A stretch of DNA of 64,000 nt. Source: an uncultured Thermoleophilaceae bacterium (GTDB lineage Bacteria > Actinomycetota > Thermoleophilia > Solirubrobacterales > Thermoleophilaceae). The translations under genes were made by a program, and so were the position numbers. Where the stretch lies: positions 4,996 to 68,995 of the forward strand of contig CAVVIK010000003.1 in assembly GCA_963748315.1 (NCBI GenBank), in the 5' to 3' direction. Shown one piece after another: positions 44,263 to 53,111 of this stretch. The notes beneath the pieces were generated by a model. The model saw only the letters and a list, made by a program, of their open reading frames with translations. It had not been told where the DNA came from and made no database searches. Within the stretch, counting starts at the first letter, position 1, and each line of letters starts with the position of its first letter.

Positions 44263-44860
44263 CCGCCTATCTCGATCCGCCGGCGGACGGGCGGCATCGA
44301 GCGCGCGGTGATCACCAGCTTCTGCGTGCCCGCGGGTAGGCCGTCCGTCGAGATCTCGATCCGGCCCGCGCCCGCTGGGAGCTTCACCGACGCCTCGCGA
44401 CCGGCGAGCTCGACCGTGCCCTCCGTCGGAGCGGTGAAGAAGAAGCGGACGACGACCGGCTCGCCCTCCGCGACGCGGGTTGCCTTCGGCGAGGCGAACC
44501 CGCCCTCCGCGACTTGCGGCGCGATCTCGCTCGCGCGCAGGGCCTCGCTCTGGAGCTGGGCCCCGCTCTCGCCCTGGCCCCCTCCGACCGCGTCAAGCGA
44601 CACCCTGGTCGGAGACCACCGCCACTTCGAGGTTCGAGCGGCCGCCGTCGATCGTCGTCGGAGATGACGAGCGCGAGCACGACCGCCGCGGCAGCCGCGG
44701 TCGCCACGGCGGGGATCACGATCCGCAGCGACGGCATCCGCCGGCGCGGGCGCTCACGCAGCCACTCGGCGGCGCGCTCATCGAGCGCGCGCGCGAACTC
44801 CGGCGCCGGCTCGGCGCGCGTCTCGCGCAGCTCGCGTCCGATGTCGTCGTGCTCGCTCAA
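44259..44860 (-). pseudogene. anti-sigma factor-like single-pass membrane protein, frame changes around 44,600-44,660
   Basis: TTG 44860 overlaps the sigma-factor stop as TTGA. The N-terminus plus TM (LRIVIPAVATAAAAAVVLALVI) is in ORF 44384-44860. IDGGRSNLEVAVVSDQGVA is in a second frame. The extracytoplasmic part SLDAVGGGQGES...VVRFFFTAPTEGTVELAG...KLVITARS is in ORF 44259-44603. Confidence 0.5.
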
Positions 44861-45357
44861 CCCATCGCCTCTCTCAGCTTTGCCATCGCGCGCGACAGCC
44901 GCGTGCCCACATTGGTCTCGGTGATGCCGAGCACGGTGCCGATCTCCGCGCCCGAGAGGCCCGCCTCGAACCTGAGCGCGACGAGCTCGCGCTCGTCTTG
45001 GGAGAGCCGGCCCAGCGCAGCTGCGAGCGCCGCCCGCCGCACCGCGACATCGGCCGTGGTGTCGCCGGTCGGCGCGCTGCGCTCCTCAGGGTCGGCCGCC
45101 GGCTCGGTGCGGCCGCGCCGGCGCAGCTCGTCATAGGCCGCGTTGCGCGCGATGCCGAAGAGCCATGCGCGCGGGCTGCCGCGCCCGGGCTTGTACGAAG
45201 AGCGGCGCGTGAGCGCGCGCTCGAACGCCGCGGCCGTGACCTCCTCGGCACTCGCCCGGTCGCGCAGCATCCCGGCGACGAACGCGTACACGTCGTCGCG
45301 GCTCGTGCGGTAGAGCGCCTCGAAGTCGATTTCCTCACCGGCCGTTCTACGGGCCAC
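44857..45357 (-). CDS. ECF-type RNA polymerase sigma-70 family factor
   Basis: Region 2 reads DVYAFVAGMLRDRASAEEVTAAAFERAL...PRAWLFGIARNAAYDELRRR. Region 4 reads LSQDERELVALRFEAGLSGAEIGTVLGITETNVGTRLSRAMAKLRE. Confidence 0.9.
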   Translation of the reverse strand: MARRTAGEEIDFEALYRTSRDDVYAFVAGMLRDRASAEEVTAAAFERALTRRSSYKPGRGSPRAWLFGIARNAAYDELRRRGRTEPAADPEERSAPTGDTTADVAVRRAALAAALGRLSQDERELVALRFEAGLSGAEIGTVLGITETNVGTRLSRAMAKLREAMG

Positions 45358-45378
45358 GGCGAGATGTCGTCACAGGCA

Positions 45379-45846
45379 CTAGCGGGTGACCCAGGCGTCC
45401 GGGTCCTTCGCGAGCTTCTCGATCTCGGGCGGGAGAGAGCCCGATGCCACGTCGGCGACGGTGACGTGCTCCACCACAGCCCGGAGGTTCGCGCGCACCG
45501 CGATCCACACCTGTTCGAGCGCCTCGGCCGGGCCCGCGTAATGGACCTCCTCGGGCGGCTCACCCCTCACGTGGGCGAGCGGGCCCTCGACCGCGCGCAC
45601 TACATCGGCAATCGTGATGTCGTCAGCGTCTCGCGCCAGCCAGTAGCCGCCGTCGCGCCCGCGCTGGCTTCGGACAAGTCCCGCATGTCGCATCTCGATG
45701 AGGATGTTCTCGAGGAACTTGAGCGGGATGTCCTGGGACTGTGAGATATGGTCGCCCTTGACGGGAGCCTCACCCGATGCGAGCTCGACTGCTGCTCGCA
45801 CGGCATAGTCCGCCTTCGCTGAGATACGCACGTACCCCATTGTCAA
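45379..45846 (-). CDS. Rrf2 family transcriptional regulator (no cysteines)
   Basis: VRISAKADYAVRAAVELA...ISQSQDIPLKFLENILIEMRHAGLVRSQRGRDGGYWLARDADDITIADVVRAVEGPL is present. The translated ORF contains no Cys residue. Confidence 0.85.
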   Translation of the reverse strand: MTMGYVRISAKADYAVRAAVELASGEAPVKGDHISQSQDIPLKFLENILIEMRHAGLVRSQRGRDGGYWLARDADDITIADVVRAVEGPLAHVRGEPPEEVHYAGPAEALEQVWIAVRANLRAVVEHVTVADVASGSLPPEIEKLAKDPDAWVTR

Positions 45847-45854
45847 CTATTTCG

Positions 45855-47489
45855 CTGACGAAACGTGAAATTGGCATTGCCGTCCTCCTCGGGGTGGCGC
45901 TCGCCATCGTCATGCACTGGCCGCTGCCGCTCCACATCGGCAGCGATATCCCCAAGGACCTCGGCGACCCGCTCATCCAGGCCTGGCAGATCGCCTGGGA
46001 CGGCAACGCTCTCCAGCACCAGCTCTCCGACTTCTGGCAGGCGAACATCTTCTACCCGCTCGAGAACTCGCTCGCGTTCTCGGACGCACTTGTCGGGTAC
46101 GCGCCGTTCGGCCTGATCGGCGAGGGCTTCGAGGCCGCGATCGTCCGCTACGACCTGCTGTTCCTGTTCGCGTACGCGCTCGCGTTCATCGGCGGATACC
46201 TGCTCGCCCGCGAGCTCGGCGTCGACCGTTTTCCCGCGGCCGTCGCGGGCGTCGCGTTCGCGTATGCCCCATGGCGGCTCGAGCAGGACGGGCACATGCA
46301 CGTGATCTCGAGCGGCGGCATCCCGCTGGCGCTCTTCCTGCTCGTGCGCGGCTATCGGCGCGGCAGCGTGCGGACGATCCTTGCGGGCTGGCTGGTCGCG
46401 GCATGGCAGCTGGCGCTCGGGTTCACCCTCGGACTGATGCTCGCGTACCTGCTCGCCATCCTCGCCGTCCTCGTGCTGCTTGCCTGGAGGCGAAAGCGGC
46501 CCTCCGGTGACGTCATCGCCGCCAGCCTGATCGGCGCGACGGCATTCGCGGCGATCGCCTTGGTGCTCGCCCTCCCGTATCAGGAGGTGCGGGACGACCA
46601 CCCCGAGTCCGCGCGGACGAAATACGTAGTCGCCGCCTTCTCCGGCGGGCCCGAGATGTTCCTGGCCGCCCCGGACCAGAGCACCGTCTGGGGGTCGATA
46701 ACCGAGCCCGTGCGCGACGGGCTCGACTTCGTGCCCGAGCAGACGCTCTTCCCCGGACTGCTCGTCGTCCTGCTAGCCGGTTTCGGACTGTCGCGAGCGT
46801 CGCCATTTTCCAAGCGGCTGCGGATCGGGCTGGGGATCGGGGTCCTGGCTGCGGCCCTGCTCTCGCTGGGATTCCAGATTCCATCCCATGGCGTGCCTTA
46901 TCCCTACCGCGCGCTCTACGAGTTGCCCGGCTGGGACAGCGTGCGTACGCCGGGCCGGCTCAACACGCTCACGTCGCTCGGCCTCGCCCTGCTCGCTGCG
47001 GCGGGCGCGCACGCTCTGATCGCCCGCGAACGCCCGTGGATCCGCCGTATGCGGTGGCCTCATGGACGCACGGTGCTTGCGGTAGCGCTACCGCTGCTCG
47101 TGCTCGTCGAGGGCATGGGGTTCCCGGCACCGCACCCGACCGTTGCCAAGCCGCCCGCCGGGCTCGAGCAAGCAACTCCGCCGCGCCTCCACCTGCCGAT
47201 GAACGCGTACGAGTCGCGCCGGTTCATCTTGTGGTCCACGAACGGCTTCCCTGAGATCGTCAACGGGCGCGGCAGCTTCGACCCCACGTTCTTCGTCGAC
47301 CTCGAGGAGGAGATGGCGGCGTTCCCAGACCCCGCGGTCGTCGAGCACCTGCGCGAACTGGGTATCAACACAGTCGTGCTGCATCCGGAGCTCGTGGCGG
47401 GCACCCCATGGGAGAACTGGCAGGACTGGCCGCTCGAGGGCGAGAGCGTGGGCGGAATGGTCTTCTACCGGTTGAATACGGCCGGTTGA
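45855..47489 (+). CDS. large polytopic membrane protein, GT-C glycosyltransferase-like (start uncertain)
   Basis: After the first TM (IGIAVLLGVALAIVMHW) comes DLGDPLIQAWQIAWDGNALQHQLSDFWQANIFYPLENSLAFSDALVGYAPF, then more than 10 further TM helices. The ORF 45777 start would overlap the divergent Rrf2 gene. CTG 45855 is only a guess. Confidence 0.55.
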   Translation: MTKREIGIAVLLGVALAIVMHWPLPLHIGSDIPKDLGDPLIQAWQIAWDGNALQHQLSDFWQANIFYPLENSLAFSDALVGYAPFGLIGEGFEAAIVRYDLLFLFAYALAFIGGYLLARELGVDRFPAAVAGVAFAYAPWRLEQDGHMHVISSGGIPLALFLLVRGYRRGSVRTILAGWLVAAWQLALGFTLGLMLAYLLAILAVLVLLAWRRKRPSGDVIAASLIGATAFAAIALVLALPYQEVRDDHPESARTKYVVAAFSGGPEMFLAAPDQSTVWGSITEPVRDGLDFVPEQTLFPGLLVVLLAGFGLSRASPFSKRLRIGLGIGVLAAALLSLGFQIPSHGVPYPYRALYELPGWDSVRTPGRLNTLTSLGLALLAAAGAHALIARERPWIRRMRWPHGRTVLAVALPLLVLVEGMGFPAPHPTVAKPPAGLEQATPPRLHLPMNAYESRRFILWSTNGFPEIVNGRGSFDPTFFVDLEEEMAAFPDPAVVEHLRELGINTVVLHPELVAGTPWENWQDWPLEGESVGGMVFYRLNTAG

Positions 47490-49066
47490 GGGGCGTCGAG
47501 CGCCAGTCCCAGGTCTACGTCGGCGGCATAAGCGGCCGGCGGCCGCGTGTGCCGGTCGACTTCTCCGAGCTCGAGCGCCGCGCCGAGGCCGCGATGAGCG
47601 AAAAGGCGTTCGCGTACGTCGCCGCGGGCGCCGGCCTCGAGGAGACGATGCGCGCGAACCGCGAGGCATTCCGGCGCTGGCAGATCGTGCCGCGAATGCT
47701 GCGGGACGTCTCCGAGCGGGACACGGGCATCGAGCTGTTCGGCCGCCGCATTCCCTACCCGTTCCTGCTCGCGCCGATCGGCGTGCTCGAGCTCGCGCAC
47801 CGTCAGGCCGAGCGGGCCGTGGCCCCGGCCGCCGCCGCGACCGGCATCCCGATGATCTTCTCGAATCAGGCGTCCACCCCGATGGAGGACGTGGCCGGGC
47901 TCCTGGGCGACAGCCCACGCTGGTTCCAGCTCTACTGGAGCGTCTCGAACGATCTCGTCGAGAGCCTCGTGAGCCGCGCCGAGGCGTGCGGATGCGAGGC
48001 GATCGTCGTCACGCTCGATACGACGGTGCTCGGTTGGCGGACGCGTGACCTCGAGCTCGCCTACCTACCGTTCCTGCGCGGCAAGGGAATCGCGCAGTAC
48101 ACGAGCGACCCCGTCTTCCAGCGCCTGCTCGACGAGGATTCCTCGGGCGCCCTTCCTGGCGCCGCACCCCGGCCCGGGCCGGCGGCCCTCGGCACGCTCT
48201 TCCAACTGATCCGCAACTACCCGGAGCGCTTCAACCCCGCACGCGCACGGAAGGCGGTCGAGCGTTTCATCCAGGTCTACTCGCGCCCGTCGCTCTCCTG
48301 GGACGACCTGCCCTTCCTGCGCGAGCGGACCAAGCTGCCGATCGTGCTCAAGGGCATCGTGCATCCCGACGACGCGCGCCGCGCGGTCGACGCCGGCATG
48401 GACGGGATCGTCGTCTCGAACCACGGCGGCCGCCAGGTGGACGGCTCGATCGGGACGCTCGACGCGCTCCCGGGGGTCGCCGAGGCGATCGACGGGCGGA
48501 TCCCGGTGCTGCTCGACAGCGGCGTCCGCGGCGGCGCCGACGTCTTCAAGGCACTCGCCCTCGGAGCGAGCGCGGTGCTGCTCGGCCGGCCCTACGTCTA
48601 CGGCCTCGCGGTCGCCGGCGAGCCCGGTGTGCGCGAGGTGCTTCGCAACTTCATGGCCGACTTCGACCTGACGATGGGACTGGCTGGGTGCGGGTCGGTC
48701 GAGGCGATCGATCGGCAAACGCTCGTCGCGAGCCGCCTGAGCGGCAACGAAACCGCGATCGCCACGAGGCCGGCGACGGCGGCCGCGGCGATCAGAGGGA
48801 TCACCGGGTGGCTGTCGGGACCGAGGTCGCGCCCGCGGATCTCGGGCAGCGCCACCGCCAGGACCGCCCAGAGCAGCACGACGCCCACGGCCGCAAGCCG
48901 CTCCCGCGACCGCCACTCGACCGGACCGGTCGCGCGCGCGGCGAGCACGGCCGCGCCGAGCAGCGCGGCCACGAACGGCAGGAGCGCGAGCCAGCCGTTG
49001 TCGAGCCCGGCAACGCTCAGGACGGTGTGCTCGAAGGACTCGAGCTCGACGATGTGGCCCCAGTAG
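47486..49066 (+). CDS. FMN-dependent alpha-hydroxy acid oxidase / lactate 2-monooxygenase family; homology ends near 48,735 but no in-frame stop until 49066
   Basis: TTG 47486 overlaps the upstream stop as TTGA. Conserved regions are AFRRWQIVPRMLRDVSERDT, PFLLAPIGV, RWFQLYW, IVVTLDT and IVLKGIVHPDDARRAVDAGMDGIVVSNHGGRQVDG...LDSGVRGGADVFKALALGASAVLLGRPYVYGLA. The last ~110 codons are antisense to the next gene and look non-native. Confidence 0.75.
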   Translation: MRGVERQSQVYVGGISGRRPRVPVDFSELERRAEAAMSEKAFAYVAAGAGLEETMRANREAFRRWQIVPRMLRDVSERDTGIELFGRRIPYPFLLAPIGVLELAHRQAERAVAPAAAATGIPMIFSNQASTPMEDVAGLLGDSPRWFQLYWSVSNDLVESLVSRAEACGCEAIVVTLDTTVLGWRTRDLELAYLPFLRGKGIAQYTSDPVFQRLLDEDSSGALPGAAPRPGPAALGTLFQLIRNYPERFNPARARKAVERFIQVYSRPSLSWDDLPFLRERTKLPIVLKGIVHPDDARRAVDAGMDGIVVSNHGGRQVDGSIGTLDALPGVAEAIDGRIPVLLDSGVRGGADVFKALALGASAVLLGRPYVYGLAVAGEPGVREVLRNFMADFDLTMGLAGCGSVEAIDRQTLVASRLSGNETAIATRPATAAAAIRGITGWLSGPRSRPRISGSATARTAQSSTTPTAASRSRDRHSTGPVARAASTAAPSSAATNGRSASQPLSSPATLRTVCSKDSSSTMWPQ

Positions 49067-50361
49067 CCGATGTCGTCATTCCCGATCAGCGGCAGCGTCA
49101 CCGTGGCCGTCGCCATCAGCAGGGCGGACACCGAGGCGAGCGCGAGCGCGGTCGCCGGCCATCGTTTCCACGCAACCGCAAGCGGGATCGCGAGGAAGGG
49201 CAGCACGGGGACGAGGAAGCGCGGCCCGGGCGAGCCGCCGCCGAACGGCAGCCAGTAGCCCGAGTTGTACGTGAGGTAGACCAGGAACAGCCCGCCGATC
49301 ACGTACGCCTCGGCGCGGTGGCCGCGGCGATGGAGCAGCACGATCCCAACGAGGCCGAGCGCGAGCACCGGTGCGAGCGTGATCAGGCCCTTGTTGGCGA
49401 ACAGAAGGTCGAGCGCGATCTGGAAGTCCGGCGGGTCGATGCCGAAGAACCCGCTGTCGTTCAGCCCGACGACGTCGTGTCCGGTGTCACCCTGGATCGC
49501 GACGGCGCCGGTGTACGAGGAGTGCGTCACGCTGCCGAAGGCCCACAGGTTGTAGGCGACGAGCGGTGCGATTCCGGCCGCGAAGCCGGCGGCATAGGCG
49601 ACACCGCGTCTCAGCGACCGTCGCATCGCATAGAGCCCGAGCACGATCGCGGCGAGCCCGAGCGGGTACTCGGTCACGATTGCGAAGCCCGCCAGCGCAC
49701 CGCCCGCCGCGACCAGTAGGAGGCGTTCGGGTCCCGCCCGCTCCCGCCAGAGCACGGCGAACGCCGCAAACGCGAGCATCGCCGACATGACGTGCGAGAA
49801 GAACAGCGTCCCGAACGGCAGGATCAGCGTGCCGGCGCCGAGCGCGACCGCGGCCGCCGTCCCATAGCCCGGCTCGATTCGCTCCGCAACGGATCGCACG
49901 AGCAGGAGGAGCAGAAGCGCCGGCAGTACGACGCCCACGAGGCCGAGCGCCCACACCATCGGCGTCTCTTCCTCGATGTTCGTGCGCACCCGCTCGGCGC
50001 GCTGCGGATCATCCGAGTAGAGGCCCTTCGAGGTCCCCTCGCGCTCCCACCGCGTGGCGCCGCCTTCGCGCGCGGTCCGCGCAAGATCGGCCGATGCGCC
50101 GGTTCCTCCGACCGCGGTGAGCGCCTTGTAGGCCGGCGTTGCCACGAGCGCCAGGCCCGGAGCCTTGACGGAGTAGAAGTGGCCGTCGTGCCACGACTTG
50201 TCCTTCGTCTCCCACTGCCAGCGGTCGATCTCGGGCTTGCCGTCGGCGAACGCGCGCACGAGCGCGAAGTTGGACGTCTCCGCCCACCCGAGGGAGTGCA
50301 TGACCATGGCGTAGGCGATCGCGAGACACGCGATCGCTCCCAGCCCGTAGCGACGCTTCAC
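48598..50361 (-). CDS. large polytopic membrane protein, GT-C glycosyltransferase-like; last ~45 codons doubtful
   Basis: The 587-aa ORF starts MKRRYGLGAIACLAIAYAMVMHSLGW, followed by an extracytoplasmic loop WHDGHFYSVKAPGLALVATPAYK. About 12 further TM helices follow. The sequence after ...VIPLIAAAAVAGLVAIAVSL is antisense to the oxidase core. Confidence 0.6.
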   Translation of the reverse strand: MKRRYGLGAIACLAIAYAMVMHSLGWAETSNFALVRAFADGKPEIDRWQWETKDKSWHDGHFYSVKAPGLALVATPAYKALTAVGGTGASADLARTAREGGATRWEREGTSKGLYSDDPQRAERVRTNIEEETPMVWALGLVGVVLPALLLLLLVRSVAERIEPGYGTAAAVALGAGTLILPFGTLFFSHVMSAMLAFAAFAVLWRERAGPERLLLVAAGGALAGFAIVTEYPLGLAAIVLGLYAMRRSLRRGVAYAAGFAAGIAPLVAYNLWAFGSVTHSSYTGAVAIQGDTGHDVVGLNDSGFFGIDPPDFQIALDLLFANKGLITLAPVLALGLVGIVLLHRRGHRAEAYVIGGLFLVYLTYNSGYWLPFGGGSPGPRFLVPVLPFLAIPLAVAWKRWPATALALASVSALLMATATVTLPLIGNDDIGYWGHIVELESFEHTVLSVAGLDNGWLALLPFVAALLGAAVLAARATGPVEWRSRERLAAVGVVLLWAVLAVALPEIRGRDLGPDSHPVIPLIAAAAVAGLVAIAVSLPLRRLATSVCRSIASTDPHPASPIVRSKSAMKLRSTSRTPGSPATARP

Positions 50362-51185
50362 CCGGTCGAGGATGCCAAACGCTCGGCCAGCCGGTTCATC
50401 CCGCGCTCACGCACGGCTTCCGCACCCCCGGCTCGGTCGGTCTCGCGGTCGGCGGGGCGCTCGACGTCGAGCCGCTGCAGAGACGCCATCTCCTTGTAGG
50501 TGCGCAGCTGATCGGCGACCGGCGCGAGCTTCCCGGTGAGCGTTCCCTCCAGCGAGCCGTGCCGGTTCAGCAGGCTGGCCGCGGTCTTCTCGCCGACGCC
50601 CTTCGCGCCGGGGATCCCGTCGGAGGGATCGCCGCGCAGCGCGATGAAGTCGGGCACGAGCTCGGGCGGGATGCCGTAGCGCGCCTCCACCTCAGCGGCG
50701 TCGACCGGCTGCGCGCCCTTCGAGCCCGTGCGCACGTAGAGCACCTTCACGTGGTCGTCAACGCACTGGAACATGTCGCGGTCGCCCGTGAGGATCAACG
50801 TGTCTCCGCCGGCGTCCGTCTCCACGATCGCGTACGACCCGAGCAGGTCGTCCGCCTCGTGGTCATCGCTCTGCGCGACGTACCAGCCGAGCGCCTCGTA
50901 CAGCCCGGGGGCCAGCTTCCATTGGGGCGAGAGCTCGTCGGGCATCGGCGGACGATCCGCGTGGTAGTCGGCGAAGAGCTCGACCCGGTACTCGGCCGCG
51001 TCGATGCCGAAGCACATCACGACCGCGCGCGGGTTGTGCAGCTCGATCTCGCGCAGCACGATGTTGATCGAACCGAGGAGCGCATTGACCGGCTGTCCCT
51101 CCCCATCGGTGATCGACTTCGGCAGCGCGTAGAACGCGCGGTACAGAAGCGACGGTGCGTCGACCACTAACAGCGGGCGTGCCAC
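50358..51185 (-). CDS. 5'-3' exonuclease (FEN / Pol I N-terminal domain family)
   Basis: LLVVDAPSLLYRAFYALP, HEADDLLGSYA, ILTGDRDMFQCV and the H3TH motif DFIALRGDPSDGIPGAKGVGEKTAASLL are present. Confidence 0.85.
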   Translation of the reverse strand: MARPLLVVDAPSLLYRAFYALPKSITDGEGQPVNALLGSINIVLREIELHNPRAVVMCFGIDAAEYRVELFADYHADRPPMPDELSPQWKLAPGLYEALGWYVAQSDDHEADDLLGSYAIVETDAGGDTLILTGDRDMFQCVDDHVKVLYVRTGSKGAQPVDAAEVEARYGIPPELVPDFIALRGDPSDGIPGAKGVGEKTAASLLNRHGSLEGTLTGKLAPVADQLRTYKEMASLQRLDVERPADRETDRAGGAEAVRERGMNRLAERLASSTG

Positions 51186-51205
51186 GCCCGCAGGTTATGC
51201 GAGCG

Positions 51206-51628
51206 CTAGCGCAGGTACCCGGAGGGGTGCTCTTCGACCTGCATGGTCAGGTGGTCGAGCAGCAGCTCGCGCGCGACCCCGGCGCGGTAGAGCGCCTTCG
51301 AGAAGTCCTTGCCATAGGTCCCGAGGACCGCGAACAGGAGGTCGATCGTGCCGACCACCCTGCCGCCGCGCGCGCGCGCGTACATCTTCGCCCGCTCCGC
51401 GACCTCCGCGATGGACACCGTGGGCTCGTTCTCATACGCCATGCGCGCCTCAGCCGCGCTCTCGAGCGGGCCGTCGGGCACGCCGAGGGCACCCAGCGCA
51501 TCACCTGTGCGCTCGAGGCGGCGCAAGATCCGCAGCCAACGCTCGGCCTCGCCCTGGCGCGAGCGCGCATACGGGACCGTGGTCTCGGCCAGCTCGAGTG
51601 CAATCACCACTTCACGCGAAAGGTTCAT
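51206..51628 (-). CDS. Clp N-terminal (Clp R) domain-like protein
   Basis: The 140-aa ORF has a two-repeat helical pattern: VIALELAETTVPYARSRQGEAERWLRIL and VAERAKMYARARGGRVVGTIDLLFAVL. Recognition is moderate. Confidence 0.4.
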   Translation of the reverse strand: MNLSREVVIALELAETTVPYARSRQGEAERWLRILRRLERTGDALGALGVPDGPLESAAEARMAYENEPTVSIAEVAERAKMYARARGGRVVGTIDLLFAVLGTYGKDFSKALYRAGVARELLLDHLTMQVEEHPSGYLR

Positions 51629-51697
51629 GCGTTTGTGGTCGGCCGCGAATTCGCGGCCTAGAAGCGCAGGGCGCCGCAGTGGACGAACGTTTTCGCG

Positions 51698-52033
51698 CTA
51701 CGGAAGGCCAGGCGTGGCCATCTTCGCCAGCCGCTCGTGCCACTCGGTCACGTGCTTCTTGACCGCGTCGTCATCCGGCCGGTCGTGCACGAGATCCCAG
51801 GTCCGCTCCGCGATCCCCTTCGCGGTCTCCGGCGTGGCCTGCGCGCCGAGCGCGTCGACGAGCTTCATCTCGAACTCGTCGACCTGCTTCTCGGGGTCGC
51901 CCGGTGAGAGCTTCGGGAGCGGCTCCTCGACCGCCTCACGCCACATGCCGGCAGCGATCGCCAGCCTGTTCTCGAGCCTGCGCGCGTCCATGGTGCGAGC
52001 GTAACCGACGGCGCCGGATACGATGGGCAGCAT
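51698..52033 (-). CDS. hypothetical protein
   Basis: An ORF with ordinary composition (MDARRLENRLAIAAGMWREAVEEPLPKLSPGDPEKQVDEFEMKLVDALG...). The start may be the internal ATG. Confidence 0.4.
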   Translation of the reverse strand: MLPIVSGAVGYARTMDARRLENRLAIAAGMWREAVEEPLPKLSPGDPEKQVDEFEMKLVDALGAQATPETAKGIAERTWDLVHDRPDDDAVKKHVTEWHERLAKMATPGLP

Positions 52034-52247
52034 GAGCGACCTGGAGCGCCGAGGCAGTTACACGCCGCGCCGGACACGCGAGCAGCGCGCCTACCGGCTC
52101 GCGGTTGCCGGCGGAGTGGCTGGCGCCATCGGTGTCGTCGGCCTTGCGCTCGCGATCTTCGGCGTCGTCGGTGCGGGGATCCCGCTCCTCGCGCTGGTCA
52201 TCGCCGCGGTCTGCGGCTTCCTCTTCCGCCGAACCGTCTCGCGTTAG
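52023..52247 (+). CDS. small hypothetical membrane protein
   Basis: The 74-aa ORF has a basic N-terminus and two hydrophobic helices (LAVAGGVAGAIGVVGLALAIFGVVGAGIPLLALVIAAVCGFLF). Confidence 0.4.
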   Translation: MGSMSDLERRGSYTPRRTREQRAYRLAVAGGVAGAIGVVGLALAIFGVVGAGIPLLALVIAAVCGFLFRRTVSR

Positions 52248-53111
52248 CTAGCCCTTGGATGAGGCGGCGGGACACTCGCCGCCGATGCCGCCCGCGGCCG
52301 ACGCTGCGGAGACGAAGTAGTAACCGTCGCGAGTGCAGAACCCGAGCTCGCCCCCGCCGTCCTTGAACGGATCGCTGACGAGGTACATGCCGCCGCCGAA
52401 TGCGAAGCAGGTCGCCTCACCACCGACCGAGCTGGTGCACTCGCGCGCCTTCGGCAGTTGGCCGCCGCCGGTCTCGTCACCGGCGGAACCGTCCGGGCAT
52501 TCAACGCCCGCACCGCCGTCAGGAGTCGGCCCCGCGACGAAGTAGTAGCCCGAGCTCGTGCAGAACCCCATCTCGCCGGCACCGTCGTTCGCGGCGTCTC
52601 CGACGAGATAGCTGCCGTCGGGGAACTCGACGCAGATCGCGTCGCCCCCGATCGCGCTCGTGCATTCCGTGATCTTCAGCAGGTCGAGGACGCGCTCCCG
52701 CACGCGCGGGATCACCTGCGTGATCTGATCGACGTCGGCCCGGCCGGAGCTTTGCCGCTGCTGCTCATCGCCTGAGACGACGAACGCGGCGGCGACTGCC
52801 TGTCCGCTGCGCGAGGCGTCGCCCCAGCTCCCCTCGCAACGCCGGTCATCGCCGCAGTGCTTCGGCTTGGCGCGCTCCTCGTCGGCGGCGCGGGGCTCCT
52901 CGCTGCTCGACTGGGCGCCGAGCACCTCGCCCGTGGCGGGTGGTTTCGCGCCGGTGGCGCCGGCGATCTGACCGACCGAGCCTGAGCCCGAGTGCGACTT
53001 GTCGGCCTCCCGCGTGTTGATCAGGCTGTTCGCAGCGGCGAACGTCACCGCGATACCGGAGATGATCAGCGCGATGGAGACAACGAGGCGAGTGCGAGTC
53101 GAAGGGCGCAT
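52248..53111 (-). CDS. membrane-anchored / secreted protein with two Cys-rich repeat modules
   Basis: The signal anchor is LVVSIALIISGIAVTFAAA. Two ~58-aa modules fit ECTS..GG.A.C..F..G.YLV.D....G.GE.GFCT..GYYFV......GG.G.ECP. Confidence 0.55.
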   Translation of the reverse strand: MRPSTRTRLVVSIALIISGIAVTFAAANSLINTREADKSHSGSGSVGQIAGATGAKPPATGEVLGAQSSSEEPRAADEERAKPKHCGDDRRCEGSWGDASRSGQAVAAAFVVSGDEQQRQSSGRADVDQITQVIPRVRERVLDLLKITECTSAIGGDAICVEFPDGSYLVGDAANDGAGEMGFCTSSGYYFVAGPTPDGGAGVECPDGSAGDETGGGQLPKARECTSSVGGEATCFAFGGGMYLVSDPFKDGGGELGFCTRDGYYFVSAASAAGGIGGECPAASSKG

